This document shows positions 63,973 to 64,000 of a stretch of DNA of 64,000 nt, piece after piece. The notes under the pieces were generated by a model. It was not told where the DNA came from and ran no database searches. It was given only the letters and a program-made list of their open reading frames with translations. A program made the position numbers and the translations under genes. Origin of the DNA: Tubulanus polymorphus (taxonomy: Eukaryota > Animalia > Nemertea); NCBI RefSeq assembly GCF_964204645.1, contig NC_134028.1, forward strand, positions 1,798,001-1,862,000, written 5' to 3'. Position 1 is the first letter of the stretch. The number at the start of each line of letters is the position of its first letter.

Positions 63973-64000
63973 GGGAAAACACCGACACTACCATCTCGTG

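Overview
AT-rich, intron-containing animal genomic DNA with GT-AG introns, most likely a marine spiralian/lophotrochozoan invertebrate (inferred from the gene set and neuropeptide type). It is not prokaryotic: no CRISPR array, rRNA or intact tRNA was seen. Eight spliced protein-coding genes were assembled by hand, and each gives an in-frame model: DNAJC12 (+), MOB1 (-), a collagen prolyl 4-hydroxylase alpha subunit P4HA (+), an RDH/HSD17B-type SDR (-), two tandem NAT16/histidine-N-acetyltransferase-like GNATs (+), a RUFY RUN-FYVE gene (-), and a GnRH/corazonin-superfamily neuropeptide precursor (+) nested antisense in a RUFY intron. The most interesting locus is P4HA. It has two pairs of duplicated, apparently mutually exclusive exons, one in the peptide-substrate-binding domain and one in the catalytic domain. 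A long-range intronic complementarity would loop out exon 4b, as in docking/selector splicing. Its last three exons are tandemly triplicated, and one copy carries a nonsense codon. The nested neuropeptide has an atypical predicted mature sequence, [19 protein letters not shown]. The rest is MITEs, a LINE relic, mini/microsatellites, a hammerhead-like palindrome and a decayed spliced locus at 1-6 kb. All coordinates were read manually and no database searches were run.
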